From assembly GCF_006345805.1 (NCBI RefSeq), contig NC_043006.1, positions 74,276,001-74,340,000 on the forward strand: a DNA stretch of 64,000 bases. Direction: 5' to 3'. Shown here one piece after another: positions 14,255 through 25,123 of this stretch. Source of the DNA: Octopus sinensis. Taxonomy: Eukaryota. Within the stretch, counting starts at the first letter, position 1. The number at the start of each line of letters is the position of its first letter. Position numbers and translations under genes: made by a program. Below the pieces are notes generated by a model that saw only the letters and a list, made by a program, of their open reading frames with translations, had not been told where the DNA came from and did no database searches.

Positions 14255-15584
14255 GTATATCCTAGATACAATCAATGTGAAAATTAACCAAGTCACAAAA
14301 ATATATTACTAATTAAGTCGTGGAACGAAATTAAAACATAAAATGATTTGCAAGCTTATTCATTCCAATACTGCACTATTTTACTCATGAATAATAAATA
14401 AGTCCTCAAGTCTCATAAGTTCAGCAAAGAATTTAACATTATCAGCGAGACTGGTATCATTTTTATAATTGTCTGTAGAAAGTAGTTTGTATTCTTTGGC
14501 GATTCTTTTACGGTAAAAAGAGAGGGCCGTTGACTATTTGATGTACGAGTCGACATGTTTCTACATTCTTGGAATGTTCGCAAACAAATTCATTTCCTTA
14601 GACAAACATCTGTACTCATAAGACAGGCTGGTGTTATTTGGCGAAACAAAAGCATCAAAGACACTGCAATATCTACACAAATTGAGGAAAGTAATTCATC
14701 AAAATCTTCAGAGAATTCATTAAAGATTTTCTATAAAAACTAAGGGAATGATCATACAGTTGCAAACATTGAGATTACAACAGACCTAAGTGATTAAGTA
14801 CCATAAAAGAAGACAGTCAAACACTTTCAGCAGGGAAATCCAAATGTCCCCTAGAAATTAGAAATAAATATAGTTAGCAATAATAGCAGAAGCATATCTA
14901 GTACATTCTGCAGCATGGAATCATGCTAAACATTATGACAATAATGTAATAAAAGAAAGTATTTTCAAAGGAAAACCAGAGTAGAGAAATCATAATACAG
15001 TGTCCACCAAAACGTGTAAAAGAGAAATATGGCTCAGCATCTCTTTTTAAGAATGACCTAGTATACAGGGTGTATGGGCTAAAATTGACAGTTTATATAA
15101 AAGAAAAAGAAAATACAATGGTCCATCCAAATATGAAGGTATTTTAGAAATATTAAAACATATCATCTACTTTATGACCGGGAGAACAGTTTGCTCAAAA
15201 GAGCCATATTTCCTGAAGTTGATAAATAAATCTTATCAACCATAAATACTACACGCCGTATACAGTCTATATTTTAGAAATACTACTGAGATACTCCATC
15301 GTCTTAAAATTGGTAAGATACTGGGGCATCTAGGATAATGTTGTAATATATGCATTATAACTTAGGGACAGTATAATCCCAGAGTGAATGCATTTGAATT
15401 TATTGGTCTTTACATCGTGAATTGACTTGGAACTACACAACTACAGCAAAAATGGTTGAAAATTGTTTAACTATTTTAAGGAGAATGTAATTAATAACAA
15501 CAAATTATTTAGTTCATTCTTCATTTGCAGCTGCATATTCGTGTATCTAATTGAATTATTTGCCTAGTTGATAAATATATATTT

Positions 15585-15760
15585 CTTTATTGCCCACAAG
15601 GGGCTAAACATAGAGGGGACAAACAAGGACAGCCAAAGGGATTAAGTCGATTACATCGACCCCAGTGCAAAACTGGTACTTTATTTATCGACCCCGAAAG
15701 GATGAAAGGCAATACTGCTAAGCATTTCGCCTGGTGCGCTAACGTATCTGCCAGCTCATG
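15585..15760 (-). mobile_element. SINE family B (internally deleted)
   Basis: CCCACAAGGGGCTAAAC...GTCGATTACATCGACCCCAGTG...CCCGAAAGGATGAAAGGCAA identical to family segments elsewhere. Confidence 0.8.
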
Positions 15761-15984
15761 CGTATAAACTCTTGAAATGCTAGGCGATGTCCCATTATAG
15801 ACACCTAAGCAAAATCTAAAGTGGTTTCAATTACAGACGGGATAATGCTCATTAGTAATATGGTCAGATTGCTATCACTTTGGTAACAATCATCGTAATA
15901 GTCCTCATCAAGCTTCAACGGAAGACATGTCTTCCTTAAATCTCAACCTACCATGTTAAGAGGAAAAAAAAAGTAATTGGTAAT

Positions 15985-16255
15985 GTGCTGAGTATAATAG
16001 TCGTAAGCATCCGTCGGTGTCGGGAGGCCATGGAACTGCGCCCGAAGAAATCGTGTCAGGTGTTGATGGTGGTGCAGCGTCTGTTGTGGCTGCACAGGCC
16101 CACACGGGAGTGGCATTCACACATACTGCGACTGTATTTGAAGGAGCTTTCTGCCAGCGCTGAAGATTATTTTTCTCCCTTCGAGTGCCCTTTTCTTTGA
16201 TGGCAAGTACCCCTTTTTCTTCCGCTCTTTTGATTCCCCTGGAAACTATAGGATA
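15985..16255 (-). mobile_element. RTE-clade LINE 3' end relic
   Basis: Minus frame ...SSFKYSRSMCECHSRVGLCSHNRRC (decayed C-terminal C2H2-like finger of RTEs) followed by a CCATGGCCTCCCGACACCGACGGATGC 3' end. Confidence 0.6.
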
Positions 16256-16522
16256 TTCACAGCCGAAAAGCTTTGATCTTATACATATATATCTAGTGTG
16301 CTGAGACTAAACAGCTGGAAAGCTTTCATTGTAGATACAAGATATCCACAGCTGGAAAGCTTTGATTATATATAAATCCAATGTACTGAGATTAAACAGC
16401 TGGGAAACCTTAATTATAGATATTATAGAAAATTTTGATTATTGGTAAGTCCAATGTGCTAAGACTAAACAGCTGGAAAGCTTTGATTTTAGGTATGTCC
16501 GATGTGCTGAGACTAAACAGCA
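16255..16522. repeat. Degenerate ~50-bp minisatellite
   Basis: Core TCCAATGTGCTGAGACTAAACAGCTGGAAAGCTTTGATT recurs about 5 times with variation. Confidence 0.8.
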
Positions 16523-17280
16523 ACAATAATAACAACTACAAACTAAACACTACCACTATTAACAGAATATAATTCTACAGCCTCAACGCTCGCAAAAGAA
16601 TGTTATAAATTACTTTCTTTGTCATACTGGACCATGTGGTGAATTTGGAAATAACGAAACCACGGAAACAGAAAACAAAAAACAAATATTTCTGTTCTAT
16701 AGAATGGCGAACAGAAATGGAAAATTCAGAGAAGTGATGCTGTGAAGCCTCAGCTTTGAATAATATAATTTGCTGAATTTTATGTTGTGATACGAATGTT
16801 TTCTTCTCCCATTTGAGCAATAGATCTCGCATATATATATGCGTGTATGTTGATGGTGTTTTCTGGAACTAATAAGGACAACTATTTATAAATTACTCAG
16901 ATCATGGAGGCCAAATGGCAACACTTATTGAAATGAATGCTCCAGGCAGCAAAATATTTCATTCCAAACAGGATTTATTCGAACATCTGAATAGAAATAC
17001 AAACATTAATTTAATATGAAATTGTGGATGGCGGTGGAACGAAATTGAAACGAGATGAATTCTTGAGAGAAAACTAATACAATCCATGTATGATAAGTTC
17101 AAATGTAGCATAAATCAACTTAATATATAGGAAGAGGACGTTTTAAAAAGACAGTTTGTGTGGATTGTCGCTGAAGGAGAGAAACAAATAATTGACTAAA
17201 TCCGGGCGATGTGACCGCGTGTCTATCGTTGGTGATTTTCTTTCTCCATCTTCCCTTCCTTGGGCCTTTCCTTTTTCTAT

Positions 17281-17315
17281 GTTTCTGAAGAAGAACTCCG
17301 CTCGAAACGTTAAAT
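17281..17315 (+). ncRNA. Minimal type I hammerhead motif (stem II mismatch) in TA-terminated element 17205-17415
   Basis: GTTT-CTGAAGAA-GAAC-TCC-GCTC-GAAAC-GTT-AAAT; same family as 60215-60249. Confidence 0.6.
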
Positions 17316-17413
17316 CCTCCATCTTTCTTTCCTTTCCTGGGCGTCCAATAACACTATACTTGTTCCACGTCCTCGCGTTGTTGTGTTTTCTCTTTGTTCA
17401 TATTTGGATTAAC

Positions 17414-17524
<111 letters not shown>

Positions 17525-18968
17525 CTTGTTAAGGAGATCTGTGTTGGTGAAATTAATCTGATTGAAATTAAATGTAGTGGTGTAATAATATTTAGTTACG
17601 TGTAAAAGTGTGAGAAAAATTTTGAGTGAAACATAAGTGATACAGAAAGATAAATACAAAGACTAGAGAAATAATGTAACACTTGAAGCCCATTTACAGA
17701 ATAAACAGCTGTTCGTATGAGATGATAACAAAATGTGCTTATTTTATAGTCTTCTTTAACACTTAATTATTTGGGTGTCTTGTAGCTAAAAACAAAACGA
17801 TATTATAGTTAGACTGAAACAGATTGAATTAATTTCCTGATAAATGATAACAAGAAATATTATATATTATATATAGAGGATATAAATAGTAAATATAAAA
17901 CCGGAGAAAATGCAACGGTAATTTCTCAGTCAGGAGAATTAATTAGACATTTAATTAAAAGAAATAATTAGCTGGAGAAAATGATAACGGAAATCTTCAC
18001 GGAAAGAGCGATGCGTGTAAAACAATTTTAAGATGATAGCTGGTAGGAAATAGAAAAAAAAAGGATAGAACGGTATACGATGATAATTAAATTGACAACC
18101 TTAAATAGAAAAGTGTTAGATTAAATAAAGAAATATGTATGTTTGTATGTATGTATGTTATACAATAAGTTAAAACGGGTTCGAAATATGAAAATATAAG
18201 AAAAGTTATTGTTTAAAATCAAAAGTGATCAATTAATAAACAGAAAACGAAGACAATCTAGCTGACGTAGATGGTTTAAATCGATACAAGTTGTCAGGGA
18301 TCAATACTTTGACTGATGCTAAATTTAATAGATATAATATCAACGGGTAAATGGATAAACTTAGCTAAAAGGGGAAAACCAAAATGGCGACGATATAGTT
18401 TTGAGAGGTCTGAATCTAACGTGTAGCGTTTATGTTGCATTGAAAATATTATATAAACTACCCACTAATTAACTTATGTATGTATGTATGTATGTATGTA
18501 TGTATGTATGTATGTGTATGTATGTATGTATGTATGTATGTATGTACGTACGTATGTATGTATGTATGTATGTACGTACGTACGTACAGGGTGTGATTTC
18601 AAAGCAATGATTAGTAAATTCACGAAACCGACATGGTTTTCAATCTCTTTAACAATTCACAATAATGACTTTTATTATTTTTATTCTTACCTCAGTTCAT
18701 CTAATTGTATGTGTCTATCGTTACTTTTCATAAAAAGCCTTTACTTTTTTTATTTCTAATGTGCATTTTCGCTTATTTTTCTTCTTACTTTCCCATTACA
18801 TTTCCGCGTGTAGTTTCTATTTTCTTTTTGTAACATATTTCTATTATATATATATGTGTGTGTGTATGTGTGTGTGTGTATGCATATTTATATATCTATA
18901 TACATATACACACACATATATGTGTGTGTATATGTATCTCTCTCTCTCTCTCTCTCTCTCCATATATA

Positions 18969-19009
<41 letters not shown>

Positions 19010-19616
19010 GGGAGAGGCTAATTTGAAATTTTACAAAAGTGTATGCGTCACTAAAGCGAGCAAAGGCACTAATCAGCACCAGTATAGTCAAGACAACTCA
19101 ATAGCCGACAAAAGCGTTATTTTAATGAGATGTAGAGTTATGTGTGATGTGAATATTGACGTGTATGTATGCGTGCGTGCGTTCATGTTCGCTGAATCAC
19201 AAGAAAACATATTTTGCATAATCATATGAATCTGCATAAAACTTAGTTTACAATTTATAATGACTTGACTTATCTACTCCAGAAAAAGAGTCGGAAATTC
19301 TAATGGAATTACCAAACATTACCATGAAATTAACTTTGGTGAACTCGAAGAGAGAGGCTTATGTTTAAACATTGTTGGAAGTTTATTACATCTAAAATGA
19401 TTGATCATATATAACAGCAAAATTAATTCGGGGTATAAATATATTAAGACTCTTTCCTGTTAGCTAGGTTTTCTGTTGTAAAAGCAGAAAACTAATTTTC
19501 AGAACGCGTTCTATTTGTAACCGTTCCTGTAAGGATAACCTAGGAAGATTAAGATTTTAATTCTCACATGAAATAGAGAAATGTTTTACTGTTATTTAAA
19601 TATTGAATGAAAACTA

Positions 19617-20723
19617 TCAGGTCATCCCATAAGTTCTGTCCAATTTTACTCTTTTTAAAACTGAATGAAATTTAATAGTATTTTAGAATGTCTAATGAAA
19701 TTGAAAATTATTTTTATGCATTTGTGTACATTTAAACTAATTAAATATTTTACAGAATAATAGAATTAAAATTTCTTTGATTAAAACCCTTCCTAACATG
19801 GAAGTATCCAAAGAGCATTTGAGGCACATAATGCTTTATGAGTACGAAAAGGAAACTTTGCAGCCGAAGCGACTCGAAACATACACTCAGTTTACTGGAA
19901 AGAATGCCTGAATGAAAGAACTTGTAGAAGATGGTTTACAAATTCAGAGGTGGAGATTTCAGCATTGAATGTGAAGATCGAACAGGACGTTCAGTTGAGT
20001 TTGATGAGCTCCTTGATGCATTACTTGAAGAAAATCCTGCATTATTAGTTGAAGAAATGGCATTAAAACTTAATTCAAACCATACAAGTGTTCATCATCA
20101 TCTTCAGCAACTTGGAAAGGTTCATAAACTTGGAACATGGGTGCCTTATGATTTGTCCGAAAGCAACCTCAACTCCCGAGTTGACATCTGCTCTTCTCTA
20201 CATTCTTGCGAAATCATTTCACCCTTTTTGGATTAACTTGTGACTGGTGGCGAAAAATGAACCTTCTATCGAAATGTTAAACGTCGTAAACAGTGGCTTG
20301 GTAAAAGGAAAAAAGCTCAACCACAACTGAGAAGAGAACTTCATGGAAAAAAGTTTCTTCTCTCCATCTGGTGGGATTGTGAAGGACTAATTCACTTTGA
20401 ATTGTTACCACCTAAGATCACATCAGAGAAGATTGAAGAGCTTGGTTGGGGAAAAAATGCCTCATCCATCTTATTCTCCCGACCTTGCCCCTTCAGGCTA
20501 TCATGTTTCGTAGTTTACAGAATCATTTGCGGGACACAACTTTCGCAAGCCAAGAGGGGAGCGAAACTGACTTTTCAGAGTTCTTCGCTTTGAAACCAAA
20601 AGATGGAAGGAAGTCATAGATAATCAGGAAAAGTACATTGATGATTAAATTTCAATTAAATATAACATTTGATCACTTATTTTCTTTATTGAAAATTCGG
20701 ACAGAACTTATGGGATGACCTGA
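19617..20723 (+). mobile_element. mariner DNA transposon, internally deleted
   Basis: Perfect 25-bp TIRs TCAGGTCATCCCATAAGTTCTGTCC (19617-19641 / 20699-20723) with TA on both sides. Confidence 0.95.
19798..20648 (+). pseudogene. mariner transposase pseudogene
   Basis: MEVSKEHLRHIMLYE..., WVPYDL motif, decayed TGDEKW, WWDCEG, YSPDLAPS, terminal WKEVIDNQEKYIDD*; frameshifts, stops and a deletion covering the second catalytic Asp region. Confidence 0.9.
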
Positions 20724-21526
20724 TAGACAGAAAGTAGTAGAACTGGGTGTATATCTTTAAAGAATTAACGAAGAAGACTCACATTCGACTCTTAACATAC
20801 TAGCTGTGGTATCCAAATCTTCCACAACATATACTCAACTGTCTTGAGATGTTATCACAAGCTCTCAGTATCCAAGAGAGAAAAAATGGAAGTTCATAAA
20901 TGTAACGACTTCATTGTAAAGACTGTTCTGTCGAGGTTGAGTTTGCGGCAACTGCAACACCAATAAAAATATTTTCATTGAAAGACACGTAAAATATTGC
21001 TCTTAAATCAATTTTGACACGATGTAAAATTGTGGGATTCGAAATGAATTTGTACAATACAGAGCAAATATGCGTACATCACCTGCAAGATGGTGGCTCA
21101 AAGTTTGCAACCAGTTGTCACAGTATTCCTGTAAAATTCTCGAACTTCAAATTTATGCAATTTCTGGTAAGCCTGATTGTAGGCGCGCATAGATCTCGAT
21201 TTTTTTCACTTACATAAGAAAACGCGCGCACACACGAACTGATGCATCAACGCAAGCACGCACAAATGCATCAACGCGCGCGCACCTATACACTGAGAGA
21301 GAAATGTATATATTCATAGCCACATTTACATATTTACATATATATATATATATACGTGTGTGTGCGTATGCATATATATAAAAAGGGATAGAAAAATAGA
21401 TAGATAGATACATAGATAGATGGAAATAAAGAAAGAGATAAAAGAATATATTTGTACACATGTATCATGTATGTCTTTATGAATATACGTATACATAAAT
21501 TTATATTATATATATATATATTTTTT

Positions 21527-21696
21527 CTCATATTCTTTTATTTGTTTCAATCATTTGACTGGGACCATGCTGGAGCACAGACTTTAGTCGAACAAATCGA
21601 CCCCAGGACTTATTCTTTGTAAGCCTAGTACTTATTCTATCGGTCTCTTATTCCGAACAGGTAATTACTGGGACGTAAACATACCAACATCGGTTG

Positions 21697-21748
<52 letters not shown>

Positions 21749-21913
21749 GACGGGCTTCCTTCAGTTTCTGTCTACCAAATCCACTCACAAGACTTTGGTC
21801 GGCACCGAGACTATAGTAAAATTCAATTGACCAAGGTCCCACTCAGTGGGGCTGAACCAGGAACCGTGTGGTTAGTAAGCGAGCAAGCTATTTACCACAA
21901 ATCCACTCCTGCG

Positions 21914-21915
<2 letters not shown>
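21527..21915 (-). mobile_element. SINE family A
   Basis: Minus strand GGCGCAGGAGTGG head, internal (TA)n, and tail GTGCTCCAGCATGGTCCCAGTCAAATGATTGAAACAAATAAA. Confidence 0.85.
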
Positions 21916-21954
<39 letters not shown>

Positions 21955-22121
21955 CATAAGGGACATTAGCCAACTGAATATGGCTAGGGACAGGGCAGGG
22001 TGGTGGGGGTGTCACTGTTGCATTTAGCCCCAGGCGAACATCAACGTCACCAGATAGGCCGACGCCATCACGGCGTCCTCTATCTTGCAAAGGGAGATCA
22101 TTCCCCAAGAAGCGGATGCCA

Positions 22122-22167
22122 CACACGGACCTAGGTTTCAAGGTGTATTGCCTATTATCAACGTGTG
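22122..22167 (-). ncRNA. Type I hammerhead motif, U3-A8 variant (inverted copy)
   Basis: Exact reverse complement of 22425-22470. Confidence 0.7.
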
Positions 22168-22424
22168 GTAGGCACCGGCCTATCTGGTGACATTGATGTT
22201 CGCCTGGGGCTAAATGCAACAGTGACACCCCCACCACCCTGCCCTGTCCCTAGCCATATTCAGTTGGCTAATGTCCCTTATGTTACGGAGCAGTCACTGT
22301 CTATATCTCATTTAGAGAATTATTATTGCTGTCGAACAGATTTTCGAAATCAGTAAATGTATTTACTTGAAAATCTTTATATATATCTTGCACGGTGAGT
22401 CGTTCGTCGAGAAGCGGTGCCTAC

Positions 22425-22470
22425 CACACGTTGATAATAGGCAATACACCTTGAAACCTAGGTCCGTGTG
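22425..22470 (+). ncRNA. Type I hammerhead motif, U3-A8 variant
   Basis: CACACG-TTGATAA-TAGG-CAATACA-CCTT-GAAAC-CTAG-GTC-CGTGTG: 6-bp stem I, palindromic stem III ACCTAGGT, GUC site. Confidence 0.75.
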
Positions 22471-22685
22471 TGGCATCCGCTTCTTGGGGAATGATATCCC
22501 TTTGCAAGATAGAGGACGCCGTGATGGCGTCGGCCTATCTGGTGACGTTGATGTTCGCCTGGGGCTAAAAGCAGCAGTGACACCCCCACCACCCTGCCCT
22601 GTCCCTAGCCATATTCAGTTGGCTAATGTCCCTTATGTTATGGAGCAGTCACTGTCTGTATCTCATTTAGAGAATTATTATTGAT

Positions 22686-23371
22686 ATATATATATATATA
22701 TATATATATACTTATAAATATATTATATATATATATATAATATATATATATATATATGTACTTATAAATATATTTATAAATATATATATACTTATAAATA
22801 TATTTATATATATACTTATAAATATATTTATATATATATATATATAGATATACTTATAAATATATTTATATATATATAGATATACTTATAAATATATATA
22901 TATATATGTACTTATAAATATATATATATAGGCGCAGGAGTAGCTGTGTGGTAAGTAGCTTGCTAACCAACCACACGGTTGCGGGTTCAGTCCCACTGCG
23001 TGGCATCTTGGGCAAGTGTCTTCTGCTATAGCCCCGGGCCGACCAATGCCTTGTGAGTGGATTTGGTAGACGGAAACTGAAAGAAGCCTGTCGTATATAT
23101 GTATATATATATGTATGCGTGTGTTTGTGTGTCTGTGTTTGTCCCTCTAGCATTGCTTGACAACCGATGCTGGTGTGTTTAGGTCCCCGTCACTTAGCGG
23201 TTCGGCAAAAAGAGACCGATAGAATAAGTACTAAAAGGTGGTGCTCCAGCATGGCCGCAGTCAAATGACTGAAACAAGTAAAAGAGTAAAAAGAGTAAAA
23301 GAGTATATATATATATATAGATATACTTATAATATATATATATATAGAGAGAGAGATAGATATACTTTTAA

Positions 23372-23426
<55 letters not shown>

Positions 23427-23513
23427 ATTATATAGATATACTTATAATCATCTAAATATTTATATATATATATATATATGTATGTATATTATATAGATAT
23501 ACTTATAATCATC

Positions 23514-23560
<47 letters not shown>

Positions 23561-23594
23561 TATATAGATATACTTATAATCATATAAATATATT

Positions 23595-23633
<39 letters not shown>

Positions 23634-23729
23634 TATTATATATATATGTATGTATATTATATAGATATACTTATAATCATATAAATATATTTATATATAT
23701 ATATAAACGTATATATATATATAGATATA

Positions 23730-23775
<46 letters not shown>
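22686..23775. repeat. (TA)n-derived minisatellite with GATATACTTATAA motif, interrupted by a SINE
   Basis: Motif recurs on both sides of the SINE at 22931-23302; an ~40-bp unit occurs four times at 23419-23690. Confidence 0.8.
22931..23302 (+). mobile_element. SINE family A (well preserved)
   Basis: GGCGCAGGAGTAGCTGTGTGGTAAG head, GGTTCAGTCCC B-box-like motif, tail GGTGGTGCTCCAGCATGGCCGCAGTCAAATGACTGAAACAAGTAAAAGAG. Confidence 0.9.
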
Positions 23776-23780
<5 letters not shown>

Positions 23781-24579
23781 CAAATGAAGTAAAAAACAAT
23801 TCTTCCATCGTGATGTTAAATATCCAATTCGCTAGTACAACAGTTGAATACCACAGATAAAAGGGTATAATTTTAATATGCAGATTAAAAAGAAATAGAG
23901 AAAAATAAAACTGAGCATCGAGAAATTTACTTACATTATGATATAATATACTATAAAATATATATAATATAAGATAGGATAACAGATTTTAACAAAAAAT
24001 ATATATAAAGCCAACAATTTGATTCGCGTCATATACACTAGTGAATTTATAAAAAAATTCCTATCTCTGTATAGAACCCTCTTCAGGGCCTTGACTACAA
24101 GTGAAAAATGACATACGAAATTCCATGTAAGGAATGCCAAATTGCAAAATTACTGATTCAAAAATACCTATGTTTATAAGTGTGCGCGTTAATAATTCAA
24201 ATATATAATAGATGTAATAGAAAGAACGATGAAATTCAAATGGATAAAATAATTGAGTAAAAAATAATTTGTAACAGTCGTGAAATGTTTTTATGGATCT
24301 CCAATAATATTAATCTAAATGTATTTTATTCGAAAATAATGACTGGTTATTTTATAATATAATATCAATATCTATATAAAATGTATTATATTAAGAAATT
24401 TATGGTGGAGTAGGAAATATATTTAATTACTATATATTACGAGGGAAAAAAAAGGATATCTTTAATTCTGACACTAAATTCAATAAAAATTTTCTTAATC
24501 GACATTTCGTTCACTCTGGATTTTACTACGAAGCACGCCGATGTTAGACAAATGCATAAAGAAAGTTACGATAATTATA

Positions 24580-24726
24580 ATACTGTACATTATTTGCATT
24601 CGACGGATATTTGTCCTCATCTTGTTTGTTGTTAACACAACGTTTCGGCTGATATACCCTCCAGCCTTCTTCATGTGTCTTGGGGAAATTTTGAACCTGG
24701 GTTCTCATTCCTAAGGTATTCTTCGA

Positions 24727-24772
<46 letters not shown>

Positions 24773-24858
24773 TTGCTGAGGTGACAGCTTGGAATCGAAC
24801 TCGGAATCTTGGGGTTAGTAGCCCGTGCTCTTAACCACTACGCCATATGCCCACGGGC
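24580..24858 (-). mobile_element. tRNA-headed SINE with internal (TAA)n and a hammerhead motif (family D)
   Basis: Minus strand: A-box TGGCGTAGTGG, B-box GAGTTCGATTCC (24781-24852), (TAA)n 24728-24771, HHR at 24634-24679. Confidence 0.75.
24634..24679 (-). ncRNA. Minimal type I hammerhead motif (C3A in this copy)
   Basis: GACAC-ATGAAGAA-GGCTG-GAGGGTATAT-CAGCC-GAAAC-GTT-GTGTT: 5-bp stem I, 5-bp stem II, palindromic ACGT stem III. Confidence 0.65.
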
Positions 24859-24940
24859 ATAATTTATTGATCCTGAAGAGATCGATAAATCGGTCTACCG
24901 CACAAGTGGTTCTGCCAGCTCACTTTATACATACATATTG

Positions 24941-24987
<47 letters not shown>

Positions 24988-25092
24988 TATATGTATATAT
25001 ATACATGTATGTATGTATGTATGTATGTATGATGTATGTATGTGCGTTTGCATATAACACACATATCTATCGATCTCTCTCTCTATGTATAT

Positions 25093-25123
<31 letters not shown>

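Larger units (their letters stand above)
21953..22684. mobile_element. Hammerhead-bearing 355-bp tandem unit with 5' inverted copy (retrozyme-like / Penelope pLTR)
   Basis: 22176-22684 has a 355-bp period (22177=22532, 22287=22642); 21953-22176 is the reverse complement of about 22416-22639; (TA)n on both sides. Confidence 0.85.

Noticed and set aside
24040-24160. Minus-strand CTGAAGA plus hairpin, and a YEIPCKEC peptide reminiscent of GIY-YIG
   Set aside because: No GAAA or stem III for an HHR; the peptide match is too short with no flanking motifs.
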